This document shows, piece after piece, positions 1 through 12,520 of a stretch of DNA of 64,000 bases. This DNA is from Takakia lepidozioides. Lineage: Eukaryota; Plantae; Bryophyta. Below the pieces are notes generated by a model. It was given only the letters and a program-made list of their open reading frames with translations, was not told where the DNA came from and ran no database searches. The stretch covers positions 59,210,001 through 59,274,000 of the forward strand of contig CM060733.1 of NCBI GenBank assembly GCA_030704615.1. The letters are read 5' to 3'. The position numbers and the translations under genes were made by a program. Position 1 is the first letter of the stretch. Each line of letters opens with the position of its first letter.

Positions 1-2660
1 AAAGGTACTTCAACATTACCCACTCAATATCAAGATTTCAAGGATATCTTTGAGAAGAAAAATGCAGACATATTGCCATAACATCGACCTTATGACTGTG
101 CAATTGAGTTACAAAAAGGAGCCCAACCACCATTCGGCCCAATCTATAACTTATCACAGACGGAGTTGGCTACATTACGTGAATACATTGATGAAAATTT
201 GTCGAAGAACTTCATCCGACATTCAAAATCGTCTGCGGGGGCGCCTATCTTGTTTGTGAAAAAGAATGAGGTATCATTATGCATGTGTGTGGACTATCGC
301 GGTCTCAACAAAGTCACAATCAATAATCGTTATTTGTTGCCGCTGATTTCTGGGCTTCTCGACCAACTGGGACGAGCGAAGATTTTCACCAAAATTGACT
401 TGAGATGAGCTTATAACCTTGTACGGATAAAAGAAGAAGAGGAATGGAAAACAGCTTTTCGAACAAGGTATGGACATTTTGAATACAGTGTTATGTCTTT
501 CGGTCTTACAAATGCTCCAGCAATTTTCCAACATATGATGAATGACATCTTTCGAGAATTTTTAGATGACTTTGTAGGCATCTATTTGGACGACATTTTG
601 ATATTTTCTCAGAATGAAGAAGAACATGGCCGCTATGTACGCCTTGTGCTTGATAAATTAAGAGAAAAATGACTATATGCCAAGTTGGAAAAATGTCTTT
701 TCCATCGATCTAAGGTCGAATTTCTGGGCTACATTATTTCCGACAAAGGCGTCTTTATGGATCAGAAGAAAATACAAACCGTCATCGAGTGGATTAAACC
801 AACTTATTTCCGAGATGTACAATGTTTTCTGGGATTTATAAATTTCTGTAGAATCTTCATCAATGACTACTCCAAATTGATGCACCATTGACACGACTCA
901 CAGGGAAGGACAAATTTGTATGGGACGAGAAGGCTGACCAAGCATTTGAAAGGTTGAAGCAGACATTTACAACGGCTCCAATACTGGTACATGCAAACCC
1001 ATCTAAACCATTCTTTTTGGAAGCAAATGCATCGGACTTTGCACTTGGCGTGGTACTCTCTCAATACGGTACAGATGGCCGACTGCACCCTGTTGGTTTT
1101 CGTTCTCGCAAATTTTCCACTGCGGATATCAATTATGAAATCCATGACAAAGAACTTCTAGCGATTATCGATGTTTTTGAGAAGTGGCGTCATCTATTGA
1201 AGAGAGCTAAACATCATGTCACTGTCTATACCGATCACAAAAACCTCGAGTATTTTATGAGTGCTCGTGTTTTGAATTGACGTCAAACGAGATGGAGTAT
1301 GTCACTAGCAAGGTTTGATTTTGTTATTACCTACCGTCCCGGACATCTTCAAGGAAAACCAGATGCTCTTTCTCGACGATCGTATCTTGCGCCAAAAGAA
1401 GGGGGATGCAGCTTTTGACCAACAAAAATCCATCATCTTGAAACCAGCAAATCTCCAATTGAATATGCTATCCATGTCCACCTATGACGATGCAGAGATC
1501 GTAAAGGAGATTTAGGAAGCACTGAAGAGCGACCAATTTGCTACGACACTACGAAGTCAACTAAATCGACCTCGAGACAACCCACATGTTACAAACGATT
1601 TCGAATTCAAAGATGGTTTACTTTATTTCAAGGGACTTCTCTATGTACCTCCAAGACCTACACGACTGCGAATTCTTCAAACATATCATGATCTTCCGGC
1701 TGCAGGACATTTCGGCTTCAACAAAACAATGGAATTGATATCCAGGGACTATTGGTGGCCGCAGATGTGGAAACTCGTGAAAGAATTTATAAAATCTTGC
1801 GACACGTGTGCTAGAGCGAAGGGACCACGACATCGACCTTATGACATTCTTCAACCATTACCCATTCCCAATGGTTCATGGTCCTCCGTGTCTATGGACT
1901 TTATTACGGACATTCCAATTTCCAAGACCACCGATTCAATCATTGTTATTGTAGATCGTTTTACGAAGATGACATTTCATTCCATGTATTAAGACGGTTA
2001 CCGGCGATGAAACTGCAAGACTCTTCCTCAATAATATCTACCGCATTCATGGACTCCCGAATGACATCCTATCTGATCGAGGACCACAGTTCATATCAAA
2101 TTTCTGGAGAGGATTATTTCACATATTGGATACTAAGATCAACCTCTCTACAGCTAATCATCCACAGACTGATAGTCAAACCGAACGTGTAAACCAGATT
2201 TTGGAGCAGTATCTTCGCTGTACGATAAATTATCACCAAGATAATTAGACGGACTTTATGTCATTGGCTGAGTTTGCCTACAACAACACTATACATTCTT
2301 CGACCAAACAAACTCCATTTTTCTCTAATTATGGTCATTATCCTCGAGCAAACCCTTTCCACATAAAGACTGTTGGAAGCCCTGCTGCAGAAAACATTGC
2401 TACTCGTCTCGCTACGATTCACAATGAGCTTACATTCCACCTCGCAGAAGGAGTATGCAGATCAACGTCGCCAACTCCAACCCCAGTTCAAGGTCGGAGA
2501 TCGTGTGTGGCTTCTTCGACGGGACATACAAACCTCACGACCATCAAAGAAGTTGGATTATCAACGCCTGGGACCATTCAAAATTATTCGACAAATAAAT
2601 CCGGTCAGTTTTCGGCTTGAACTACCACGAAGTATGCGCATCCATCCTTGTCAGCCAAGT
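1..2660 (+). pseudogene. pol: pol pseudogene: reverse transcriptase, RNase H, integrase
   Basis: [37 protein letters not shown] (about 583-594), ASDFALGVVLSQ, NYEIHDKELLAI, VYTDHKNL, H..GH/YWWP..C..C zinc-binding motif, SMDFI..VIVDRFTK, GPFKI. Several stops and frameshifts. Confidence 0.95.
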
Positions 2661-3250
2661 TAGCTTCAAGGTAAAGACTCCACATTCAATGTACCTGATA
2701 TACGCTAAGGAGAGAGGAGCATCACACATCAGTATATATAGCTACATTTCCAGCACTTCCAACACTCTTGCATCTTGTATTGGCAGTATGGAGTCACAGG
2801 AACCAGATACATTGGAGTTGTCGCTTACCCAGCTACCAGATCAGTCGTTCCAACTCTCACGATCTTCAACATCACGCCGACGATCTCGAGACGATGGGCC
2901 ACCAATGCGACGCGTACTTCCTCGTCTCGACCCCGTACGACGGCAAGTGGACCCTACTCGAAGTCTGATAATTCTGTTGGAGGTTGAGGTTGAGGCTTCG
3001 GATCCAGAGGGCAACGAAATCATGTTTGAAGGCAGCTTCGAAAATCAAAATGCTCAAATCACTGCGTGGTCCCAAGTTCAAGGTGTTGGACACTATTGAT
3101 GGTTGCAGGGACCTATAAATCATTTGAGTCAAGAACGAAGAGCCGAATACTTGGCAAGTACCATTCGTCGGATTTTGGATTTTCTCCAACTCTAAGCAAG
3201 TCCAAGATTTTACCGCTCCTCGAGGAACTCGGTGCTAGAGGAGGTGGTAA

Positions 3251-3872
3251 TGTCACGGACATAGCCCAAAAGAACTTACCAGGAATAAATATCATAAGTT
3301 ACCAAGTTACCATGTTACCGGAAATTACCATGACTTACCGTGATTTATCATGATCTACCGTGATTTATCATGGTCTACCGTGATTTATCATGGTCTACCA
3401 TGATTTACCATTACTTACCAAGTTACCGGGAATTTACCAAGTTACCGGGAATTTACCAAATTACCAAGAATAACTTGGGAAACTGCTTAGGTAGCTTCTT
3501 TTGGAGGAAACTTCTCCATCAAGATACCTTCTTTGTTTAAGGAAGCTTCTCCATCAAGAAACCTTTGTTTAATCTTGGAAACTTCTCCAGCAAAAAACCT
3601 CCATAAGGGAAGCTTCTTAGTAGCCAGTATATATAGGAGGCGAGACTGGACACTCTTCAGTCTCGCCAACACAAGTTCAAGCTACTCTTGTTCCCAGTCC
3701 CAGTACTCCAGTCCAACTTCCAGTACTCCAATCCAGCTTCCAGTACTCCAGTCCAGTTTCCAGCATTCCAGTATTCGAGTCGAGTTCCAGTATCTTGTAC
3801 TCTTGTCCATTGTTATAAATATCATCTTGATTCATGTTTACCCACCATGCATTCGCCCACACCGACCTTGAC
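3251..3872 (+). repeat. 3' LTR of the Gypsy element, with internal minisatellites
   Basis: Starts TGTCA after the PPT. TATATATAGG at about 3628. Tandem TTACC/GTGATTTATCATG units at 3295-3470 and CCAGTACT units at 3690-3790. The end near CCTTGAC is uncertain. Confidence 0.65.
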
Positions 3873-4664
3873 TTCTTGTCTATCTAGTTTGATCTCTTGT
3901 TTGTGTTCAGTCATGTTCTTGTCTTTGACATGTATATTATTTTTGTTTGGCCTGGTATGGTATGATATCAGTATTTCAATTTTCAAATCTGATACTAGGG
4001 GTATATCAATACTGATATCAATACTGTTATTTATTTATTTTTAAACTGAAAATAAAAATCTGTCCAAATTATACTGCTGAGGTGAGCACTTCAGCCGCTG
4101 AAGTGATCACCTCATGGGCTGAAGCGCTCACCTCAGCGGCTGAGTGCCGCAATTCATAATAACAAGGAGCGGGATCTCACCTTAGGTAATTTGAGGTTAC
4201 CTTACAAGCCTAAGTAGATTTTCGCCAAAAGCGCCATTTAGATCGTCTAAATCAAAGAGCCGCAACTCTCCATGCTGCACCCTAAATCCCTAACGCTCCA
4301 CATATTGATACCTAGGGTGCAAGCGACAGCGGTAGACATAGTAATGGTATCGACAAAGCTGTGTTTCTTGCGATACCAAGCCGGTCTGGTAGGAGCCCAG
4401 GTATTAGGGTTTCACTATATTGCCCCCAATATGTTCTCCTCGAGGTATTGTCAGTTGTTTATACCTGCCTGATCTGGTATCTTGCCGCGATACCCTTACC
4501 CGTGCTGATACCCCGCCTCACCCCCATATACCGGTCCAACACTGGTTATGACTGCCAACATGCGGTAGCCATGGGTTTCCTGACTTTGACAATGACTGCA
4601 CCATGTTTTTATATGAAATTGACCTCTTGCAGTCGTTCATGCGACTATAGTCATATGAACGACT

Positions 4665-4884
4665 TGTCGTGTGCATACATATCGCTACACAACTACATCG
4701 CTGTCCAAAACCACACTTCATATGTGCACACCAAACACTGGTCTATCACTAGTCCACCACTAGTACACCACTAGGCTGCCACTAGCCACCACTAGTGCAG
4801 CCACTAGTCCACCACTAGTACAGCCACTAGTCCAACCACTAAGCTGCCACTGGCCACCACTAGTGCAGCCACTAGTCCATCACA
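4665..4884 (-). repeat. Terminal repeat segment A1 (extra partial LTR)
   Basis: TGTCGT...CCATCACA; direct repeat of 5205-5324 with about 100 bp of additional CCACTAGT-based tandem units. Confidence 0.9.
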
Positions 4885-4885
4885 A

Positions 4886-5324
4886 TGATAAGGAAATGAA
4901 TGATACAAGCATACAAGCTCTCTCAAACTCACACACTTGCACATGAAAATATCACTCATATATTAAGTCGAGCCAAGTGCACCCCACGCCATGGGGAATC
5001 CACACTACGGCGCCATAGCTAGACGCGGTGAGGCTCAACTCGAGAAAGATGAGCCCACCGCGATCTGCCGTGAAGATAACAACGCCAGGTGCCCAAACAT
5101 GTATTGGCCCCTGGATTGACACTTGGGTCAATCCCAAATGTCAATATATAAAAGCTAGCTATTTCCTAGCTAACTTCACACCAGTGGTAAAATAACTTGA
5201 CAGCTGTCGTGCGCATACATATCGCTACACAACTACATCGCTGTCCAAAACCACACAACATATGTGCACACCAAACACTGGTCTATCACTAGTCCACCAC
5301 TAGTGCAGCCACTAGTCCATCACA
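4886..5324 (-). repeat. Complete 3' LTR (segments B1+A2)
   Basis: TGATAAGG...CCATCACA (TG..CA ends), abutting the PPT complement. B1 matches 12521-12841 with about 12 substitutions and one 4-bp indel by eye. Confidence 0.85.
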
Positions 5325-5336
5325 ATCACCCCCCTA
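5325..5336 (-). promoter_or_regulatory. Polypurine tract
   Basis: Minus strand reads TAGGGGGGTGAT immediately before the LTR start TGTGATGG. Confidence 0.75.
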
Positions 5337-5584
5337 GCTGGCGCTTAGGTCCATCTAAGTCTAGGTAGCCACAAGATGTGATAGTGGCCATAGCCTCACT
5401 AGGTCCTCCACCATTCTCCCTACTACACTCAAACTCAATAGATCAAGAGGCCGGGTACAAGAGTTGCCCCATCGTTAGTCGTCGTCTTGCAACCTGTGCA
5501 CTTGAGCCTGAGATCTTGGGTATTGACTCATATGAGCTTGGCCTCCCATGTCTTGTGAACTGCCATTAGTCATATCCACTGCCA

Positions 5585-5728
5585 CTATCCCAAGCAGTGT
5601 GGACATAACCAATCTCCATCAGGAACCCTCTCAAGAGGTGGTGTCAAACATCCCATGTGCCAACCTCTTGAGCATCGATCACACACCAGCATAGTGGCGG
5701 CACCACGAGCGTGCCCACATAGCATGCA
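5585..5728 (-). pseudogene. PHD finger at the integrase C-terminus
   Basis: CMLC..MLVCDRCSRGWHMGCLTPPLERVPDGDWLCPHC, a canonical C4HC3 PHD. Confidence 0.95.
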
Positions 5729-7119
5729 ACGCAACCCTGCAGGTACCACTGCAAGGTTGGGATCTATCCTCCCATCCACATATGGAAGGTGACATGGCGC
5801 ACAATTACGCATATGATGCTTCCATACCATGCCATCTCGACCCTCCAGAATCAACACTCCTGAAGGCAACACCTCCCTGACCCTTAGAATCACACGTCCT
5901 GCTGTGACATCCAAGGTCATAGGCGCTGTCTGCTGCAGATACACATAGTCCCCAGGGTGGAAATGCTGAACACCTGGCCGATATCCCCCTCCACGTATAG
6001 TGACATACCTCAATGTGTCTCGGTGTTGGGCAATAGCAAGATTCTCAAAAGCCATAGCATGACTCTCTTGAACAACTCTGCCCGTTGGGCACATGCTTGT
6101 GTCCACACATCCGGATCATCAAGGTTGAGGACTACTGCAGCCTCCTTGTGAATAGACGCAGGCAAATCTAGCTCTCGGCCAAAGAGAAGGAAATATGGTG
6201 AGAAGGAGGCAAGTGATGTTTGCTTGCTAAACCTGTAGCCCATGGCTAGCCAAAGTATCTGAAGATCCCAATCTCCTAGGTGTCCTTTTTGCAAACCATA
6301 CTTGCGCAAACTCCTCTTCACCGTCTGCACCACTCTATCTGCCAAGCCATCGGCCTCAAGATGATCCCGAGAAATGGTACGCTGGTCTATCAAGGCTTTA
6401 TCACACAAAGCCTGAAACTCCCCCAAGAACTCTCTCCCTTGGTCCGTGAGTACCTCAGCTGGAGCACCGAATCGGCTAAGCACACGATCCAGGAATGCAT
6501 ACGCAGCCCCCTCACTAGCCTTGTCAGGCAATGGAACCAACTCAATCCACTTGGAGAAGTGCTCCACCATCACCAACACATATCTGTGGTGACGCATTGT
6601 CAGTGGCAAAGGCCCTGCGAAGTCAAGACTCCACCTATAGCCCAATCCCATGATGGGTAAAGGATACAACTATGGTGTAGGGGCATTGAATGAAGCACGC
6701 ACCCTGTCACACACCATGCACCTAGCCACGAACTATTGCACATCTGTGTGCATACCACGCCACCAATACTGCCCCTGCAGTAAACTATGAGTGCATCGCA
6801 CTCCAAAATGCCCCAACTCCTCATGGGCATGCCGCACTAACCGTGCATGCTGTGTTGGGTGAGGCACGATCCTCACCCGACCATCCTCCCACACTCGAAC
6901 CCACTTGAACCTCTTGGCTCGTTGTAGGATCCGATCCCTCTCCTTGGCAGTCACACTAGCTGCCGTGTTTCCAGTGCGGAGGTAGTCCAACACAACCGAA
7001 TCCTCATGTATATCTCTAGCACCACCTGGCTCATCACTAGCCTCAGGGTCCTCAGACACTCCGTCTACAGTCATCACTGTTGTAGGTCCAACCTGACCTC
7101 CCGATGCCAAGATACACAA
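5729..7119 (-). pseudogene. Retroviral-type DDE integrase with HHCC zinc domain
   Basis: HAHEELGHFG..YWWRGM..C..C; WSLDFAGPLP, VMVEHFSKWIE, FGAPAEVLTDQGREF, ADGLADR. In-frame TAG stops at 6733 and 6670 and a frameshift near 6070. Confidence 0.93.
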
Positions 7120-7759
7120 AAAGGCAGATGCATGTCATCCCGGCACCATCTCCTTGTCCGTCTCACCATGCCACCGAGCTCTAGTGTCATCCTGCTGGTT
7201 CGTGCATGGATTGCAACTCAATCCAGCCGCATCCCTATTGACCAAACCCGGTCGATGCACAACCCGAACATGTCTCTCATGCTCCTCCACCGTAGCACGA
7301 GAGGCAAAGCAATTCCTGTAAGCCTCAGGAACCGCCGTATACGTCGTCTCTCTCCTCTAGTGACAATAGGTCCAATGTCAAGCTCCCAATTGCCCTTCGT
7401 AACTGTAACCTTAAGTCCAGCAGACTTAGAGGTAGAGGACGCGTCCCATGGTTGCTATGTCGCAACCTCTTGAGCAGTACTCCCTGCCTGCTTAGTCAAT
7501 GACAAGGCCTCATCCTGCCCCATCATCTCATCCTTGAGGACCTCCTCAACCCGAGAAGAATCCCCAACCTCATCCATCACAGCCGCCTTGGCTGCCAACT
7601 CCCTCTGAACCTCGAGCACCTCCCATGTGTGTCATGGATGTCTACACCACGTGGTCCTCACCGGCTCGCCCCCACTCACTGCCTGTACCGTCTCGGTAGA
7701 CAGAGAGACCGTCAAGGGAAGTGCACTCCGCACTCTTTGTTGCTCAGCCATAGCCAAGC

Positions 7760-8704
7760 TGATAATCCAGGTCAAGCAATTTAGATCCATTGCTTGCCCC
7801 AACACCTGACGACGTGATGCCTTAGAAAGAGAAGGCACCGTCGTGGTCCCAGTGGAAAAACCCATAGCCCGCTCTCGCTCGTCGGCATTAGGCTCCACTA
7901 ATTGCTGCAACTGAGCATCCCACAGGAGGCCAGGTCCATTATCCCGGAAAACATGCAATCCTGGGAAGCTGAGCAGTGTAGGTAGTGCTGCTCGTGGTTG
8001 ACCCACCTTGTTGACCACTGCCAAAGGCGAACGTCATCGTGTCTCACACGCTGAGACTGCCTCCCTGTGTCCAAAATGCTATCCGTTGTGAGATGTGCTG
8101 GCCGCTGCACCCCATCAAATGCACGCTTAAGCAGTGCGGGTGGCATCAAGTTAGTCCACCATAACCGTGGACGATGAGCCCATGACGCCACTGCACCTGC
8201 ATCCAGCAACACTGCTGACCCAAGCCACGACTGGACTTGATGCACACTGGCCATCACCCTGGCCTGAGAATCGCCCATCAGTGGCACATTCTCCAAGATG
8301 TATGCTGGAGATACAGCCTGATGAAGCTGTAAGTGACGCAAAACCCGCACCATCTCCCAAAACAGACCCAACCTCAAGTCTCGCAATCCATTGCCATGCC
8401 CAGCTGATGAATACCCTTGGCAGGGCCAACCTGCCACTACCAAATCAATGAAGCCAACCCGCTCCAAATCCTGCGCCCCCAGCAAAGAGATGTCTGCTGG
8501 CAAGGCCTGTTGATATCCACGAACCGCAGACACCGACAACAACTCAGGGTACTGCTACACCAACTGAGCAATATGACGGAGTGAGACGCGTCGTGCAGTC
8601 TCATCCTTCTCCACATACAAGTAACGCCGTACTCGTACACCTGCCTGTAGAACAACAGCTAATCCGGTGCTGATCCCGCCAAACAAGTCCAGAAGGCAAA
8701 TGCC
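7760..8704 (-). pseudogene. DNMT3-like C5-cytosine DNA methyltransferase domain within pol
   Basis: Motif I LLDLFGGISTG, II YLYVEKD, III DI, IV DLVVAGWPCQGYS, VI ILENV, VIII AHRPRLWWTNL, IX ERERAMGF, X RRQVLGQAMD, all in order. One TAG at 8555 and one frameshift near 8025. Confidence 0.93.
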
Positions 8705-9149
8705 TTCATCCGGACACGGCCACACAATCGGTGTGGTGTCCAATGGTGACAACTGAGGTGGTCCTGGTGCAATCCCCGCACTGTCCTCCTCTCCTGACGG
8801 TACATAAGCCTCTATCCAGGCTTGTTGCACACGACAATCAGCAACCCGCTGCAAATCCTTGCTCGAGCCCCACAATGGAGTGTGAGCAACCATGGTAGAC
8901 AACTCCACCATACCATACAAGTCATCCTGCTCTCCCGGAGGTGACACATCCTCCGAATGAGCGTTACCCTCTAGCAACTCTCCAGGGCAACTCACTGCAG
9001 CTGTGAATGCTGCCAGTGTTGGCATCTTGCCTCGTTGGGCAACCGCAACTTCTCCTATGAACGTCACAGGGAGCTGCACACGCCGGCCCTCCCCTAACTG
9101 CCATCCAGACCTATAGGAAGCTGACTCATCCCAAAAATCCAGGGTGAAG

Positions 9150-9463
9150 CCCATGGGGTACAACATTGCCCCACCAACAAGGACATCGTACGAGACCGCG
9201 TCTGTCACAATGGCCTTGGCTCTCATCACTGAGCCATCTGTAGGATGATCCGGCTGTAGTCTGATAGCCAACTCATGCCGTGTCATGCCCCAAGACTGCT
9301 CTGATCCTCCCAGAGATGTCTGTATCTGGAAAGGGCATGGCTCCATATCCGCCTCCGTGAGGCCCAAGCCTGCAATAGCAGCTCTGCCCAACATCAATGG
9401 CTGAGCTCCCGAGTCCAATAAGACTCGCAGTGGCCGGTACCTCTTGCCTGCCGGTCTACTCAA
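9150..9463 (-). pseudogene. Retropepsin aspartic protease
   Basis: RVLLDSGAQ catalytic motif and YDVLVGG (ILG-like) motif, in the same frame as the downstream DNMT. Confidence 0.85.
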
Positions 9464-10056
9464 ACAGAAAATACCATCCTAGTTGTCTAATATGACAACT
9501 CCAGGTGTCACCATGGCGCGCTCAATGGCTGGCCTAGCTGGCAGCTCCATCAACCTAGTAGCTGCAGCTTGCCATGGCGCCGCTGTGGCAGTCTTGACCC
9601 TCACATCCGAGGATCCCTCCGGCACTACACCTCCCACTATCTCCGCAGAAGATGAAGTAACCTCCCCACTCTCACAGAGTGTAGCTGCCAGCCTGAACAC
9701 CTCAGCTGGTCTTACCCCCGGCGTTGCAATCATGGTAGCCGAGAACAATGGAGCCTGGCACACAGCTGTGGCCGCCCCCAGCAGCATACTAGCTGCCGTA
9801 GCCTTGGCAACACTAGGTAGTGGTGCTGCCCGTGTAGCTCTCCCCAATGGCATAGTAACCTCCGCCTCGGTAACAGTCGGGCGAGAACTAGGTGCCATGG
9901 ACAGCGTCGACACTGTCTCCGCCAATGTGAATGACTGAGGAAGCCTGGCCTGACGGCTTACCTCCCCACGCTGTGGATCCAACTCCACCTTCGCACCCCG
10001 TGGCTCAGGAACTCGTGCTGCTCCTCGAGTCACTGCCGCAGCTGACTCCACTTGCA

Positions 10057-10740
10057 CTAGTGGTAGTCCTGCCCCGCACATAGTGGTAGTGGTGCCCCAC
10101 CCACAGTGGTAGTGGTAGTGGCACCTCTCACTAGTGGTAGTGGTGCCCCACCCATAATGGTAGTGGTAGTGGCACCCCTCACTAGTGGTAGTGCTGCCCC
10201 GCACATGAATCCCATGCCTCTCATGTCTCCTCCCTCAGGAGCAGGAGGTGGACCATCCAGCCTTGGAGCCGATACCACCTGAGCTGTGGCCATGGCAGCG
10301 AGCCTCTGCTCTAGCTGCTGAAGCCGGTTGGCCATGCCTTGGTCACCACCCTGACCTCCGCGTCCTTGGCCATGTTGAGCTTGCCCTTGGCCTGCACCTC
10401 GTGCCTGGCCACCTCGTCCTCTCTAGGCTGCTCCACCTCGCCCCCGGCCACCATTGTTCCCTTGGAACTGGCCTGGGCGCAACTCAGGATGCAAACCATA
10501 GCACTGGGCCTCTCCATGCCCGTACTTGCCACAATGCCCACACTGCAACTGTGCAGGTTGTGCCTGTGCCAAACCATTGCCTCCCTTTGGGCAATCCTTC
10601 TTGACATGGGGTCCTCCACATGTCCAGCACACCACATCCGCCCGTTGTTGGCTTACAAATGAAGGGAGAGACCCCTGCATCTGAGGTCCTCTCTGTTCTT
10701 CCCTGGGCTTCACTTGAGCCCCCTTGTTGCCTTGAGTACA
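10057..10740 (-). pseudogene. gag: gag C-terminus with two CCHC zinc knuckles
   Basis: CWTCGGPHVKKDC and CGHCGKYGHGEAQC, followed by an RG-rich segment and GAPLPLVRGATTTT repeats (10057-10200). Confidence 0.8.
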
Positions 10741-12504
10741 TTGAGGAAACTACGAGGAAGGGAAACTAGAGCAATGTCTATCCCAAGCACGCTCTCATCC
10801 CAACACCCTTTTTTTTCCTCTCTTCTCTCACTTGTATGACCATGAGAGCATCTTGTAGACACTCCTCAAACCGCCCTCTCATGAAACTTGGCCTCCAAGG
10901 CCCCATGCAAGCCTCCACAGGGTCCGCCAGTGCCTCCTTACGTCCACCAGCCATTCCTCCGAATGGAACCACCTCAGGAAACCACACCATTCGCTGAAGG
11001 TTCAAAAATGGAGCAAATAGAGGTATATATAGGCCCCAACAACATTCTGTCCAAAGGAATTATCTGCAGGCTGGTCTTCCCCATAGTTAAGAATTGGGCT
11101 GAAAACCCGAAAAGATTACCTGCAGGGAAGTAATCCCCTTTGTTAAAACGCAACAGGGAGGCAATTCCGACTTTTCTGCCGGATCAGCTAGCTCAAAACC
11201 GTTGTTCTTCAGAGCCCAGCCTCCCCATCAAGGTCCCACGAAACGAGTGAAAAAGATTTATTTATTTATTTATTTTTATTTTTTTTCACTCTAACTGTTC
11301 GCGGCCTTCCGTGGCTCCAACCGCCACGACTCCTCACGGCCCGCCCTAGGCACTCGTTGGCCACGGGCTGCCCAGTGATACCCCGTGGTACCACTCCCAC
11401 GAGCCTTCACGGCCCGCCATCCCCACGATCTGGTCACCGTACCCACCCGTTGTATCTGCACCACGACTTCCAACGGTCACGGTCAACCATCACGACCTGG
11501 GCTCGTGGTATCTTGTGATACCGCCCCAACGGTCCATCACGACCACTATTCCCTGTGATCCCTGGAACTCCCAACGAGTTCCCATGCGTTCCCGAGGCGT
11601 TCCCTGCGTTCCCACGCGTTCCCGAGCTGGGGTTTGATCCTGCACCTGCTGCCGACAAGCTATGGCTTCTGCGGAGCCATCAGCCCTGTTGCCCTGCACT
11701 CCTGAGCTCTCATGGCCCACTAGAAGTGCCTCCAACTCAACAAGCAAGCTATATGCTGCCCAACAAGCTCCATTTTCTTCATGAAGCTCACAAAAACAAA
11801 TCTGAAAATACACACCTTTACAAACTTGGTGCATCTGCACTTCTCATGCATCTCCCTTGGCTCTAGGGCACCTCGTTGCTGCCCTTCCAGCCCCGCTCTT
11901 GCTACTCCAAGAGCCCTTACACTGCTGAGTTTCAGATTGAAACTCCAACTCAACATATGTTTCACAAGTGCACTGATTTGCACACAAGAAAGACCAGCCC
12001 CCTCTCTTCACTCATACCTCTTCATGAGCTTGGAGCTGAAGCTCCCAACGGGCTGCGATGCATCTCCTCGCAGCTCCACCATTCGGCTACTCCTCATCTA
12101 CCCGCAACAACTGATTTCGAGCAGAAATACTTGGAGCTGATCATGTCATCTCCAACCTGCAACATGTTAGCTCCCATGCGCAGCCCACATTTCTGCAGCT
12201 CCTTAACTCGGCCTGCAGCTGAAGAAGACGACCACCAGTTCGCCCACTCGTGGCCAACATCTCCTCTGCTTCACACTAGAAGCCCAAACTTGGTTGCCAT
12301 AGCGTTGAGCTATGCAACGCCGCTCTTCAACATAGGCTACTCGCCTCTCTATCCATTGCAAACCTGCAACCTGTTCGTCTTTGTACTCTATCCACTTTGG
12401 ATAGGCTCATGCACGGATCCCTGCACTCTAGGCTGAACCGTTTTTCATGATCTGAAAACACAAGTGCTACACAACTAACTCGAACCTGGCACTCACAGAC
12501 TCGA

Positions 12505-12520
12505 GCTCATCTTTCTCGAG
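12505..12520 (-). promoter_or_regulatory. Self-complementary primer-binding site
   Basis: Plus-strand GCTCATCTTTCTCGAG adjoins the LTR and is the exact reverse complement of LTR positions 5039-5054. No TGG tRNA-type PBS. Confidence 0.75.

Larger units (their letters stand above)
1..3872 (+). mobile_element. Ty3/Gypsy LTR retrotransposon (Tf1/Tcn1-like chromovirus lineage), 3' portion, degenerate
   Basis: RT, RNase H and integrase in Gypsy order. PPT GAGGAGGTGGTAA directly before TGTCACGG at 3251. The 5' part lies outside the window and the right LTR end is approximate. Confidence 0.9.

Noticed and set aside
7760-8704. Host DNMT3/DRM gene
   Set aside because: Intronless, fused in frame to a retropepsin, and inside terminal repeats.
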